From IMG/VR virus record IMGVR_UViG_3300042291_001013: a DNA stretch of 64,000 nucleotides. One strand, given 5' to 3'. This document shows, piece by piece, positions 17,310-25,853 of this stretch. The notes under the pieces were generated by a model. That model saw nothing but the letters and a program-made list of their open reading frames with translations, did no database searches and had not been told where the DNA came from. Origin of the DNA: a virus (Duplodnaviria; Caudoviricetes). A program made the position numbers and the translations under genes. Numbering within the stretch: the stretch's first letter is position 1; each line of letters opens with the position of its first letter.

Positions 17310-18026
17310 TCACATATTTAGCATGTAGTACTGTTCAACCTTTTTCCACCACAAGTTGCGGTATTTTTCAAATTCTGCGCCTTCCAGCACAAATTCCTGG
17401 TATTGAGGTTTTCCTACAATATTGTGTTGCTCATCCAGATCGGGTTTGACGCACATCAAAATTACACCTTTGCGTATTTTTGTACCGTGCAATTCATTGT
17501 GTGCTTCTGCGTAGGCGCACAGTTGCACAAAGTAGTCGTCAATCCACTCGCGCTTTTTGGGTTTGTTGGTCTGCTTGTAGTCTAGTATGGCTTCTTCATT
17601 CAGGTGTATGCCTGCGCCATCTGTTGTGCCTGCGTATACGCTGGGAAAGTATAGTGGAACTTCAATGCCCCAAAATTCATCAACGTTTTTGAGTCCATCT
17701 CTAATCACAGTTTCGGCCATGATATGACTGGGCCAACTAAAAGGGTTGGACCCACGTTCTTTTTGCTCACCTGTTTTGACATAGTGTTCAAGATAGGTAT
17801 GCATACGTGTGCCGCGGTTGGCAGCTTCTGTTGTGATTTGTTGTGCTTTTTCTGCACCCACGCGACGACGCCACTGATTCAGTGCTTCAACTTTTTCTGG
17901 GGGTTTTGTCTTGTCTAAGATTGTGGTTACTGAGGGCAAGTTGTTGCCATCGGGTGTGGCATAGTAACGCCGGCCCTCTATTGTAACTCTAGGAATGGGC
18001 TGGTAGTTAAATTTTGGATTATACAT
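17310..18026 (-). CDS. PD-(D/E)XK superfamily exonuclease
   Basis: LPSVTTIL, GTRMH, YAGTTD, ILDYK, QLCAY. Confidence 0.88.
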   Translation of the reverse strand: MYNPKFNYQPIPRVTIEGRRYYATPDGNNLPSVTTILDKTKPPEKVEALNQWRRRVGAEKAQQITTEAANRGTRMHTYLEHYVKTGEQKERGSNPFSWPSHIMAETVIRDGLKNVDEFWGIEVPLYFPSVYAGTTDGAGIHLNEEAILDYKQTNKPKKREWIDDYFVQLCAYAEAHNELHGTKIRKGVILMCVKPDLDEQHNIVGKPQYQEFVLEGAEFEKYRNLWWKKVEQYYMLNM

Positions 18027-18066
18027 AATTATAGTCAATTATAGACAATTATAGTCCAGTTGTCAA
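18027..18066 (-). promoter_or_regulatory. sigma70 promoter with three tandem 10-bp TATAAT-containing units
   Basis: AATTATAGTC/AATTATAGAC/AATTATAGTC at 18027-18056; TTGACA at 18061-18066 lies 17 nt from the middle unit. Confidence 0.7.
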
Positions 18067-18099
18067 CTATATTTGAAAACTTTCTCCGCAACCGTTGCG
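18067..18099 (-). pseudogene. Orphan duplicate of the iscA 3' end
   Basis: Reads RNGCGESFQI-stop versus RCGCGESFRV-stop at the live iscA end (18804-18836). Confidence 0.75.
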
Positions 18100-18111
18100 G
18101 TACGGTTGAAT

Positions 18112-18807
18112 TCAGGATTGTACATTGCTTTGTTTGATTATCCAGTCATACAATGTTTGTGCAATTAATTCGTGACCTAGTTCATTTGGGTGGCTACACT
18201 CACGCAAGTATTGATTTGGTGATCTCTTTGAAAAATCTATTGGAGTTTCATACCCAAATAGTTGTAAACAAGATTTGTGATATATTTTATCAGTATCAAT
18301 CCCAGGCAAGTTTAAATTAACATCATTCCATCCAACAATGTAATAATCTTTTATTTTGTATTGTCGGCATATTGCTTGCATGCTCAACACATTTTTGTGT
18401 AGATTAAAGTTAAGTGTAGAAATTGAAGTAAAATGCTTTACATAATTTTTAGAAACTTCATCAATTTGATTGGCTCCTAAATCAACAACTTTAAAACCAT
18501 CAAGGTCTTCAACACCAAAAATAGTTTTAGTTTCATCTATAGGAGGACGGAGATCATCTAATAGTATGCATTCTCTCGTAGGGGTAGTGATTAAAAAAAC
18601 TGCTATAGAATTTTCTAAAAGTACGTCTGTACGTTTAACATAGTCAAGCAGTTGCAACACTGATCTGCTGTTGCTGGATCCGCTTATCCCTAAATTAACA
18701 AAATTGGTTGCGGATAATTTAGAAGACAGCCGTGCTCCAAATGAATCTGTTTCTAGAACGCCAAGGCCCACAGTCCAACTGCATCCAAAGACTGCTAATG
18801 CAGTCAT
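18112..18807 (-). CDS. SGNH/GDSL-like hydrolase or acyltransferase
   Basis: FGCSWTVG, NLGISGSSN, SHPNELGH; AT-rich. Confidence 0.75.
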   Translation of the reverse strand: MTALAVFGCSWTVGLGVLETDSFGARLSSKLSATNFVNLGISGSSNSRSVLQLLDYVKRTDVLLENSIAVFLITTPTRECILLDDLRPPIDETKTIFGVEDLDGFKVVDLGANQIDEVSKNYVKHFTSISTLNFNLHKNVLSMQAICRQYKIKDYYIVGWNDVNLNLPGIDTDKIYHKSCLQLFGYETPIDFSKRSPNQYLRECSHPNELGHELIAQTLYDWIIKQSNVQS

Positions 18808-19127
18808 ACCCTAAAACTTTCCCCGCAGCCACATCGATCTCTCTCATTGGGATTTGAAAATTCAAAGCCTTCGTTAAGGCCTTGGCGCACATAATCTACT
18901 GTCATGTTTTGAAGATACACATTGTCTTTTTGATTTACTAGCACAACAAACTCTGGCTGTGCATAATTGATAACATACTGTTCTGATGTGTATTCCTTGA
19001 CATACTCTAACACATAAGCAAGTCCGGAGCAACCTGTGGTCTTAACCCCAAGACGAATGCCAGCGTAGTTCTTGGCTGTGACAAGTTTTTGTATTTTGTT
19101 TCGGGCAGTGTCAGTGAACGAGATCAT
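18804..19127 (-). CDS. iscA: Fe-S cluster A-type carrier IscA/HesB
   Basis: TTGCSG and CGCGESF motifs. Confidence 0.92.
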   Translation of the reverse strand: MISFTDTARNKIQKLVTAKNYAGIRLGVKTTGCSGLAYVLEYVKEYTSEQYVINYAQPEFVVLVNQKDNVYLQNMTVDYVRQGLNEGFEFSNPNERDRCGCGESFRV

Positions 19128-19497
19128 GCTTTTTGCGATAGTCTTCTACCGCGGCCTTGATAGCGTCTTCTGCTAGGATTGAGCAATGTATCTTAACTGG
19201 CGGGAGGGCAAGCTCTTCAGCAATCTCTGAATTCTTAATCGCTCCCGCGGCGTCGAGCGACATTCCTTTAACCATTTCGGTGATGAGCGAGCTTGAAGCA
19301 ATTGCTGAGCCGCAACCGTAAGTCTTAAATTTTGCGTCCGTAATAATGCCATTTTCTACTTTGATTTGTAGTTTCATTACGTCGCCGCAAGCAGGTGCGC
19401 CAACCATACCAGTACCAATATCAGTATCACTCTTGTCAAAAGAGCCGACATTCCGGGGATTTTCATAGTGATCAATTACTTTGTCTGAGTATGCCAT
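19111..19497 (-). CDS. iscU: Fe-S cluster scaffold IscU
   Basis: YENPRNVG, GAPACGD, YGCGSAIAS, KIHCSILA. Confidence 0.96.
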   Translation of the reverse strand: MAYSDKVIDHYENPRNVGSFDKSDTDIGTGMVGAPACGDVMKLQIKVENGIITDAKFKTYGCGSAIASSSLITEMVKGMSLDAAGAIKNSEIAEELALPPVKIHCSILAEDAIKAAVEDYRKKHDLVH

Positions 19498-19498
19498 A

Positions 19499-19813
19499 TT
19501 AGATCCTTATCAGCACTTCTTGGTAAGCACCGTTGACCAGGATCCATTGCTTGCGATATGCAAAGCCGTCAATGTAAACTATGTCTGTGGGAGGTGCAGA
19601 GACCATTGGGGGTTGCTGTACAACAACAGGTGGGCGAGTAATTGCATAAACCACTGCACCGCCGATCAAGGCAGGGCCAACCCAGCCCCAGCCGTTGCCG
19701 CCATGGCGGTGATGGTGATGTGGTGTGTGCAATGCGGAGCCGTGATATCCATTGGGTCCAGCAAATGCTGTGGTAGCGAAAAAAACTAGTACAAAAATTA
19801 ACAGTTGTTTCAT
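19499..19813 (-). CDS. Secreted His-rich small protein
   Basis: Signal peptide, HHHHRH, Gly-rich hydrophobic segment, Pro-rich tail. Confidence 0.7.
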   Translation of the reverse strand: MKQLLIFVLVFFATTAFAGPNGYHGSALHTPHHHHRHGGNGWGWVGPALIGGAVVYAITRPPVVVQQPPMVSAPPTDIVYIDGFAYRKQWILVNGAYQEVLIRI

Positions 19814-19833
19814 ATCAGCCTCCTATGTAAAGC

Positions 19834-19862
19834 AGTATACAATATTTAACGTTTTAGGTCAA
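19834..19862 (-). promoter_or_regulatory. sigma70 promoter with embedded TAAATA
   Basis: TTGACC-17-TATACT; TAAATA at 19843-19848. Confidence 0.7.
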
Positions 19863-19882
19863 TCTTTTGTTGACCCGTTTGA

Positions 19883-20245
19883 TTAGATGTTGCGATCTTT
19901 TTTGGCCGCTGATTTGGCCGCAGCCGCCACAATGTCTTGAGCTTTGTTTACTGGCATTGGGACTGGTCCTTGTCCGGCACCTTTGAATTGGATCATCCCA
20001 GTATTGGGATCCAAGGGTTCTAAAATATTATTGAGTGGAGGTTGATTAATGATATCAGGCAAATTGTCAGCAGTGACGTTTATGTCCAGATCCTGTGCCA
20101 GTTTGATAAATGCGTCTTGGCTGATTTGTTTCTGTGCGCCGGTATCGGAGGCCCGCCCATCCAAGAAATTTACCAACCCCATCAGTGCATCTGGATCTGG
20201 AGTTGGCATAGGAGGGCCAATATCGGCTACCTCAAATATTTTCAT
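19883..20245 (-). CDS. Putative head-associated protein
   Basis: Starts MKIFE (hydrophobic-x-E protease-type motif). Confidence 0.55.
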   Translation of the reverse strand: MKIFEVADIGPPMPTPDPDALMGLVNFLDGRASDTGAQKQISQDAFIKLAQDLDINVTADNLPDIINQPPLNNILEPLDPNTGMIQFKGAGQGPVPMPVNKAQDIVAAAAKSAAKKDRNI

Positions 20246-21177
20246 TATCTCTTGGCGCGGCCCAAGGCAGCGGCTGCTGGTTCGGCACCAGGTTCAATTG
20301 GTTCGGCGGCCATTTCGTCACCTGCGGCAGCCATGTCTGCTTCAGCACCACCCATGTCAGCACCGGCAGCGGCCATGTCAGCGCCAGCAGCCATGTCAGG
20401 TGCAACCATGCCAGCATCAGGTGGAGGTGCTGTGCCAGTTACCACGCCCAAGGCCGCGTCAAGCTGTTGCTTGGTACCTTGGAGATTTTGTAACAATCCT
20501 GTTAGTGCCGCAGTAGCGTCAGTGTTGAATTGGGTAGCTTGGTCAATACCAACTTGATTCTTGATTGAGTCAACCAAGGCTGGTAGTTCTTTAAACTGTA
20601 GTTCTGATACGTCTTCCAACATGCCTTGCATTTTATCAACCATGTCTTGAGCAGCCAACACAACTTGAGCCTGTTGAATTTCGCTTTCGTTTAGTCTGCG
20701 CATTGCTCTACGCAAACGGCTTTCGGCCTGCATCATTGCGGCGCCGGCCACTAGCTTTTGTTCTTCAGGATTCAATGTTTGACCAGCTGAACTCTTTTTA
20801 AGTGCGGCAGCTAGTTTAGGATCTTTTGCAACAGCGCCAGCCACAGCAGGCGTACCACCAGCCACAGCAGCCTGTGGAGTTGCAGGAGCGGCACCAGCAG
20901 GAGCAGTACCTGTAGGTGGAATGCCAACTGCTTCTCTGAGCTTGCTGTGCAATGCCTGTTCCATCATGACCAATTGAAGATACTGTGGATTACGCTCGCT
21001 GGTATGGCGTGCGCTGGTAGCTCTATGCTCACCAAGAATGCCACGCACCTTGACCAACATTGCCTGCGTTTGGCGGGGTGTTAATTGGTCAAAGCGAATG
21101 CGGCCACCAAAGTAACTTTCAAATACTTTGGCAATTTGCTTACTTGGCGTTGGGGCCGATAGTTCTTGCAGTTTCAT
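20245..21177 (-). CDS. Putative head scaffold or internal protein
   Basis: MKLQE, LREA, LNES motifs; Ala/Gly/Asp/Met-rich low-complexity C-terminus; TAAATA at 21201. Confidence 0.6.
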   Translation of the reverse strand: MKLQELSAPTPSKQIAKVFESYFGGRIRFDQLTPRQTQAMLVKVRGILGEHRATSARHTSERNPQYLQLVMMEQALHSKLREAVGIPPTGTAPAGAAPATPQAAVAGGTPAVAGAVAKDPKLAAALKKSSAGQTLNPEEQKLVAGAAMMQAESRLRRAMRRLNESEIQQAQVVLAAQDMVDKMQGMLEDVSELQFKELPALVDSIKNQVGIDQATQFNTDATAALTGLLQNLQGTKQQLDAALGVVTGTAPPPDAGMVAPDMAAGADMAAAGADMGGAEADMAAAGDEMAAEPIEPGAEPAAAALGRAKR

Positions 21178-21625
21178 TATTGAATCCTCTAATTTGTATA
21201 TATTTAGCTTGGTTTACACATTTTTCAAGTTCGGTTGATACACTGTTGTATCGATCAATCTTGGTTTGTATTTTGGTATTTACTATCTCGTAAAATACCT
21301 CGTGTTTGCCACGCTCGCCCATGCTTTTTCTTGTGTAAATGTCTGCCGCTAATGCTTGTTTTTTACGGTCTAAAATCAAGATCAAGTTGGCCAGGTTGTA
21401 CTGTTGACAATTGTCGGCACTGCACCAAGCCAAGGCTGCTCGCTTGCTGACAAAATTGTGTATTACTCTATCCCATGTTCTAACCACATGATCAGTGGCA
21501 GTGCTTTCAATGTAGTATCTGCCAAAGGCAATCAAGTCGCCTTTGTCATCGGTAATGATGAGATTGTCAATATTTTTACGAAGTTCGCGCTCGGCGAAAC
21601 GTTCAAATTTTTGATTTTGTGTCAT
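21140..21625 (-). CDS. Hypothetical protein
   Basis: 161-aa ORF in the late operon. Confidence 0.7.
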   Translation of the reverse strand: MTQNQKFERFAERELRKNIDNLIITDDKGDLIAFGRYYIESTATDHVVRTWDRVIHNFVSKRAALAWCSADNCQQYNLANLILILDRKKQALAADIYTRKSMGERGKHEVFYEIVNTKIQTKIDRYNSVSTELEKCVNQAKYIQIRGFNNETARTIGPNAK

Positions 21626-21885
21626 TTAAATACGTAGTGAGTAAGCAACCAGCCCACTGTTGCTGTCAAAGCACCAATTACGCCAATGCCCCAGTTGATC
21701 AGTTGATTGTTGCGTTGTTCACTCATTCGATGCACCATGCCATGTACTATTTTGACATCTGATTTGATCTCATCAATACACAAAATCATGGAGTCTAATT
21801 GTAGTTCCAGCGCTCGGTAACGTTCAGCACACAATTCAACGTGTGCTTCCAAACTTTTCTTTTCAATGTCAGTTGTGTCTACCAT
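21622..21885 (-). CDS. Coiled-coil protein with a C-terminal TM helix
   Basis: SLEAHVELCAERY coiled coil; hydrophobic C-terminus. Confidence 0.7.
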   Translation of the reverse strand: MVDTTDIEKKSLEAHVELCAERYRALELQLDSMILCIDEIKSDVKIVHGMVHRMSEQRNNQLINWGIGVIGALTATVGWLLTHYVFK

Positions 21886-21887
21886 GA

Positions 21888-22319
21888 TTACTCCAATATA
21901 TTATTTATTGATTCAAACCAAATATTTTGATCTGCGCCCGACACAACAATGGTTGGGGCAAGGCCAGACTGTTCATTGAGATTAACAATCATGGGCACAC
22001 CATTGCAATCATTTTTGAGCCCAATAAAACTGTCTTTGTGTCCAGACTGCCCGAACACACTTTCACTTTCACTAATAAACTCAAATTGCCAAATACCGTC
22101 CGTGCAGGCTGGCTTTGTGATGTCCATGGGCTGTGTGCGCAGGCCAAAGATCTGCATCAAGGTTTCCCAGTTGCGCTGTTGATTACGACTGTGATTCCAG
22201 TTTTCCTGGCTGCTCACAGCTTGACCAGCTTGGTCCTGAAACGGAATCTCACTGGGTCTAAAATGACCAGTGACACCAGTATAGGTACAATCAAATTTTG
22301 TTTTACATAAGATCTTCAT
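21888..22319 (-). CDS. Hypothetical protein
   Basis: 143-aa ORF; TAAATA 7 nt upstream. Confidence 0.7.
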   Translation of the reverse strand: MKILCKTKFDCTYTGVTGHFRPSEIPFQDQAGQAVSSQENWNHSRNQQRNWETLMQIFGLRTQPMDITKPACTDGIWQFEFISESESVFGQSGHKDSFIGLKNDCNGVPMIVNLNEQSGLAPTIVVSGADQNIWFESINNILE

Positions 22320-22342
22320 CTATGGATATTTAAGGCCAAAGG

Positions 22343-22371
22343 AAAACCCTGGAGTTTTTAATTCCAGGGTT
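22343..22371 (-). terminator. Intrinsic terminator
   Basis: AACCCTGGA...TCCAGGGTT stem followed by a T-run on the minus strand. Confidence 0.8.
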
Positions 22372-22391
22372 AGCGTGGTTAACTAAACTGA

Positions 22392-22799
22392 TTACAGGTT
22401 AGTGAAGCTGGCTGTAGCAGAAACGTTGGCAGTTGGGATGCCAATGTTCAAACCACCAGTTGCGTTGGCTGTTTGAGCAGCCGCAACTAGAGTAGTTGTA
22501 GTGTACGCACCGCTTGGATAGATAGCCAAGCTGATTGTACCAGCTGTAGCGCCGGCTTGGTAAAGTGCGATTGTGCCAAGTTGTTGAATCGAAGTCAACA
22601 CGTTGTTCAAATAACCGTTTACGTTACCAGCGTTGGTAAGTGCGGCGTTAGCTGTCAAAGTGAAGAAGTCAAGTTTTGGACCTTGAATTTGAACTGGACC
22701 TTGAGCGGCCACGTTGGCTGTGCCAGCGATGGAACCGTTTGCTACGTCGATTGCGAATGACGGTTGTGTAGTACCGTTTACTTTTGTGAAAATTGCCAT
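22392..22799 (-). CDS. Probable abundant virion protein (decoration-like)
   Basis: Ala/Thr/Gly/Asn-rich; TAAGGAG SD, TAAATA promoter and own terminator. Confidence 0.6.
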   Translation of the reverse strand: MAIFTKVNGTTQPSFAIDVANGSIAGTANVAAQGPVQIQGPKLDFFTLTANAALTNAGNVNGYLNNVLTSIQQLGTIALYQAGATAGTISLAIYPSGAYTTTTLVAAAQTANATGGLNIGIPTANVSATASFTNL

Positions 22800-22860
22800 G
22801 TTAAAGCTCCTTAATATATGACCTTATCGGGTCTGCTTTTATTTAGTCAAAACGGAAAAA

Positions 22861-24762
22861 TCACGCCTGTTGAGGATTATTTTGAGCACGATTTTGTGCG
22901 GCAAATGCATTGGGATCAAAGCGATTTACTGCTTTGGCATAGCCTGCAGGGGTGGCCATGACCCAGCCTTCTTGTCCCGGATGCTCTGTGTCGGCTTGTT
23001 TCAACAGGTACATTTTAACATCGTGCAACAGAATAAACGCGGTAAATGCTGCCGCAAGACCTTGTTGGTTAGATGTGGGACTTTGCAGGTATTCCACAAT
23101 GTTGCGGAACTTGCTGGGAGTGACTTTTGTCTGTAGCCAGTCGCCAAACTCAGGCAATAGTGTAGCACCGTTTAGTGGAGTTCCCACTTTGGTATTGATA
23201 AAGTCCACGCACAACTTTGCTAGATCTGTGATCTTGTGTGCTCGTAGTTCAGCAGGATTGAACAAGGTGTTTATATTGTTGCCATCATTCTTGATAATAG
23301 CCTTGAGCTGTTTTTCTGCGTTGGTTTCAGTTTGTAATGCACGTGGGCTAGCTGGCTTTTCCAACATCAGGCCTGGTACTTGGTTAAAGCCTACTCCACT
23401 CAAGGGCTGTCGTGCTTCGCCAACATCTGCGTACATTGAGTGAATAGCAATGCCAATATTACTGTTGCCAATGCGTTGTCCCAACGCACTCTTTGCTGGA
23501 ATCTTGTACTCTATAGTATTGGGCTTGAACACATAGTTGCCAGAAATCACAGGAGGTGTATCCATATACAACAAGTCGCCCTTGACATAGCCTCTAAAGC
23601 CCTGGGGCAAACTGGCTTCCAGCACAGGGAACAGTTGTGAATATAGATTGATCAGTTCAGTTCTGTCACCCGAACGTCGGCTCTGTATGTTGGCCATCAT
23701 CTGTGGGCTAGTGGCAAGACCATCATAGCCCTTGGCTTCAAAGCCGGATCCATCTGTGAGCACAAACTCACCTGTGGCGGGCTTGCGTCCAAATATCACA
23801 GCAGGCTTACCGTCCCATTTGGCTGTGACTGTACTGGGTTGTTGTGTGGAATGTTGCACAATTGCCAGCGCATCCTTGATGCCCTGTGTACCACGACGGA
23901 ACACAAGATCTTCCAAGTGTTCAATGCCCTTGGCCCTGCCACCCACTCCTGCTTGTTCAGCTTCAACCAAGGCAACATAGCCGCGGTTTACAATACGGTC
24001 ACGCAGTCGGGCCAGGAAGTTTGCATCACTTTCGGCCATGCCTGTTTGTGGTTCTTGTAGGCCTTCACGTTTGAGATATTCTCTAAAGTCTGCTAGCTTG
24101 GCATCACGGTCGGGGTCATTGGCCAGCGCCGCATAGATGCTTTCAACGTTTTGCAAATTGCTACGATCAGCACGTCCGCCCAGCAACCACTTTGCAGTCT
24201 GATCAGGATCCACGCTGACAACTTCGTTGGTGGTGCGGCTTATAACGCCATTGGCACCAACTTTGAGTCCTAGTTGTTTGGCAATTGAACTCATGAGCAC
24301 ATTGCGGTTCATGCCTTTGTAGACAGAATTAGCGCCACCGCCATAGTAAAAAATACCCCACTCTACATTGGGGAAGAACATGAAATCAGTTTGTACATAG
24401 CCCTGATTGGGATCACCATTAACAGGAGTTCTAAAATGCACTTCGCCAGCTTTCTTGACCCACTCACGTGGATCCAAGCCTTGGCTGGTCACATACTGTG
24501 TGAGCAAATTTGCCAGTTGTTCTTTTGTGACTTCGTTGGAGTCCACAGCAAGATCTAAATCGCCCGACGTGGGCTTTTTGCCTGTGCTACCCAACCAGCG
24601 GCCCGGAGTGTTGGTTAGTGAATCAATTTCAGCTGAGAAGTTGATACCAGTCAGTGCTTCTAGCCACTGCACAGTTCCTGGGACGTCAGCCTGATTGATG
24701 CGCTGAGTCAGGGGTTGCCCCTGCTTGTCTTTGAATACGTTTCCGCCTTCTAGTAGTTTCAT
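22861..24762 (-). CDS. Two-domain protein: Pol-beta-like nucleotidyltransferase plus ligase-like KxDG domain
   Basis: LGSTGKKPTSGDLDLAV in the N-half; IEHLEDL...AKWDGKPAV in the C-half. Confidence 0.6.
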   Translation of the reverse strand: MKLLEGGNVFKDKQGQPLTQRINQADVPGTVQWLEALTGINFSAEIDSLTNTPGRWLGSTGKKPTSGDLDLAVDSNEVTKEQLANLLTQYVTSQGLDPREWVKKAGEVHFRTPVNGDPNQGYVQTDFMFFPNVEWGIFYYGGGANSVYKGMNRNVLMSSIAKQLGLKVGANGVISRTTNEVVSVDPDQTAKWLLGGRADRSNLQNVESIYAALANDPDRDAKLADFREYLKREGLQEPQTGMAESDANFLARLRDRIVNRGYVALVEAEQAGVGGRAKGIEHLEDLVFRRGTQGIKDALAIVQHSTQQPSTVTAKWDGKPAVIFGRKPATGEFVLTDGSGFEAKGYDGLATSPQMMANIQSRRSGDRTELINLYSQLFPVLEASLPQGFRGYVKGDLLYMDTPPVISGNYVFKPNTIEYKIPAKSALGQRIGNSNIGIAIHSMYADVGEARQPLSGVGFNQVPGLMLEKPASPRALQTETNAEKQLKAIIKNDGNNINTLFNPAELRAHKITDLAKLCVDFINTKVGTPLNGATLLPEFGDWLQTKVTPSKFRNIVEYLQSPTSNQQGLAAAFTAFILLHDVKMYLLKQADTEHPGQEGWVMATPAGYAKAVNRFDPNAFAAQNRAQNNPQQA

Positions 24763-24767
24763 AATAA

Positions 24768-25535
24768 TTACTTGACCTCTACGCCTAGCATTTTTGCGGC
24801 TTCTTGGTGCTTAGGATTAGTTTTGTCAAATGGAGCATATGAGCCATTACCTAAATCAACTTCAAATGTAGGTGGCATTGAGCCACGTTTGACTCTAATG
24901 TCAATTTCACTTTGTGATCCACGATCATAGGCCAAGGTATTTTGTGCTGGTGCAATGCCATCTTTAACCAATTCCACAAACGCAGAGTTAACTGCATTGG
25001 TGCCTGCACCATCCACAGTAGCTCTATAAATTGCTTCTATGTTTGTGTTTATGGCTGTGGTAATTTCTTGTGCGGCTTGTTTGGCCACAGGGTCGTCACC
25101 TACTGCACGACTTAAACTTTGATAGCTAAAACTGCCACTACTCGGGCTAATCATGCGGTTGATCATTTGCACAAGATCATTTCTAAGACTGTCTACACTG
25201 GGGGTTGTAACGTCTTTTAGCGATGTTGGGGGATTGCCTGCAGAATCTTTGCTGTTGGCCAAAAAGGTCTGTACTGTCTGTGCCCAGGCTTTTTGTAGCT
25301 GTGGTACCAGGGCATCAACAATGGACTGGCTGACTTTCATGCCGCCAACACGATCTGTTGGACTGCCTGCTCGATCACCCGGTGCCAGTTGCGGGGCAAA
25401 CTTCTGTACAAATTGTTTGCCGGCCTGTTTGGCTATGCCGCCAGCCACAGATGCTATACCGCCAGCCACAGCTCCTAGTATTTCATTCACTGGCTCTTTG
25501 TTTGATGGTTTGCGGGTTATTTCATGTATCTGCAT
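24768..25535 (-). CDS. Putative head-associated protein
   Basis: MQIHE and VNE motifs before an amphipathic Gly/Ala segment. Confidence 0.55.
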   Translation of the reverse strand: MQIHEITRKPSNKEPVNEILGAVAGGIASVAGGIAKQAGKQFVQKFAPQLAPGDRAGSPTDRVGGMKVSQSIVDALVPQLQKAWAQTVQTFLANSKDSAGNPPTSLKDVTTPSVDSLRNDLVQMINRMISPSSGSFSYQSLSRAVGDDPVAKQAAQEITTAINTNIEAIYRATVDGAGTNAVNSAFVELVKDGIAPAQNTLAYDRGSQSEIDIRVKRGSMPPTFEVDLGNGSYAPFDKTNPKHQEAAKMLGVEVK

Positions 25536-25770
25536 GGGTGCGTCTCACTGATCTGCTGAATTTGCCTGAATCTTTTGTGCGAATTGCATTGAGTAATTTG
25601 CGTGTTAAATTCTCTGCTTGATCGGCAGGATACTCAGCTTCAATTTGTTCTACCAAACGTATAGCCGTCTCAATAATGTTACTGGCGCGATTCTCAATTA
25701 GCAAACGGCGATCACGTTCTACGTACAACGTGTCCAGTTCTTCCAGTATGCTCCGTGTCTTTTTTTGCAT
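25522..25770 (-). CDS. Hypothetical protein
   Basis: 82-aa helical ORF; TAAATA at 25791. Confidence 0.7.
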   Translation of the reverse strand: MQKKTRSILEELDTLYVERDRRLLIENRASNIIETAIRLVEQIEAEYPADQAENLTRKLLNAIRTKDSGKFSRSVRRTHADT

Positions 25771-25853
25771 CTATTCAGGGGCCTTTGGATTATTTAGCAG
25801 GTTCAAGGTTCAAATAAATATCTATAGTATCGCACAGCGACAAGGAAAACCCA

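Noticed and set aside
17310-18026. Cas4-like nuclease as part of a CRISPR system
   Set aside because: No repeat-spacer array or other cas genes; it is a common stand-alone phage PD-(D/E)XK exonuclease.
18027-18056. Mini-CRISPR or replication iterons
   Set aside because: Only three 10-bp units with no spacers; explained as promoter boxes.
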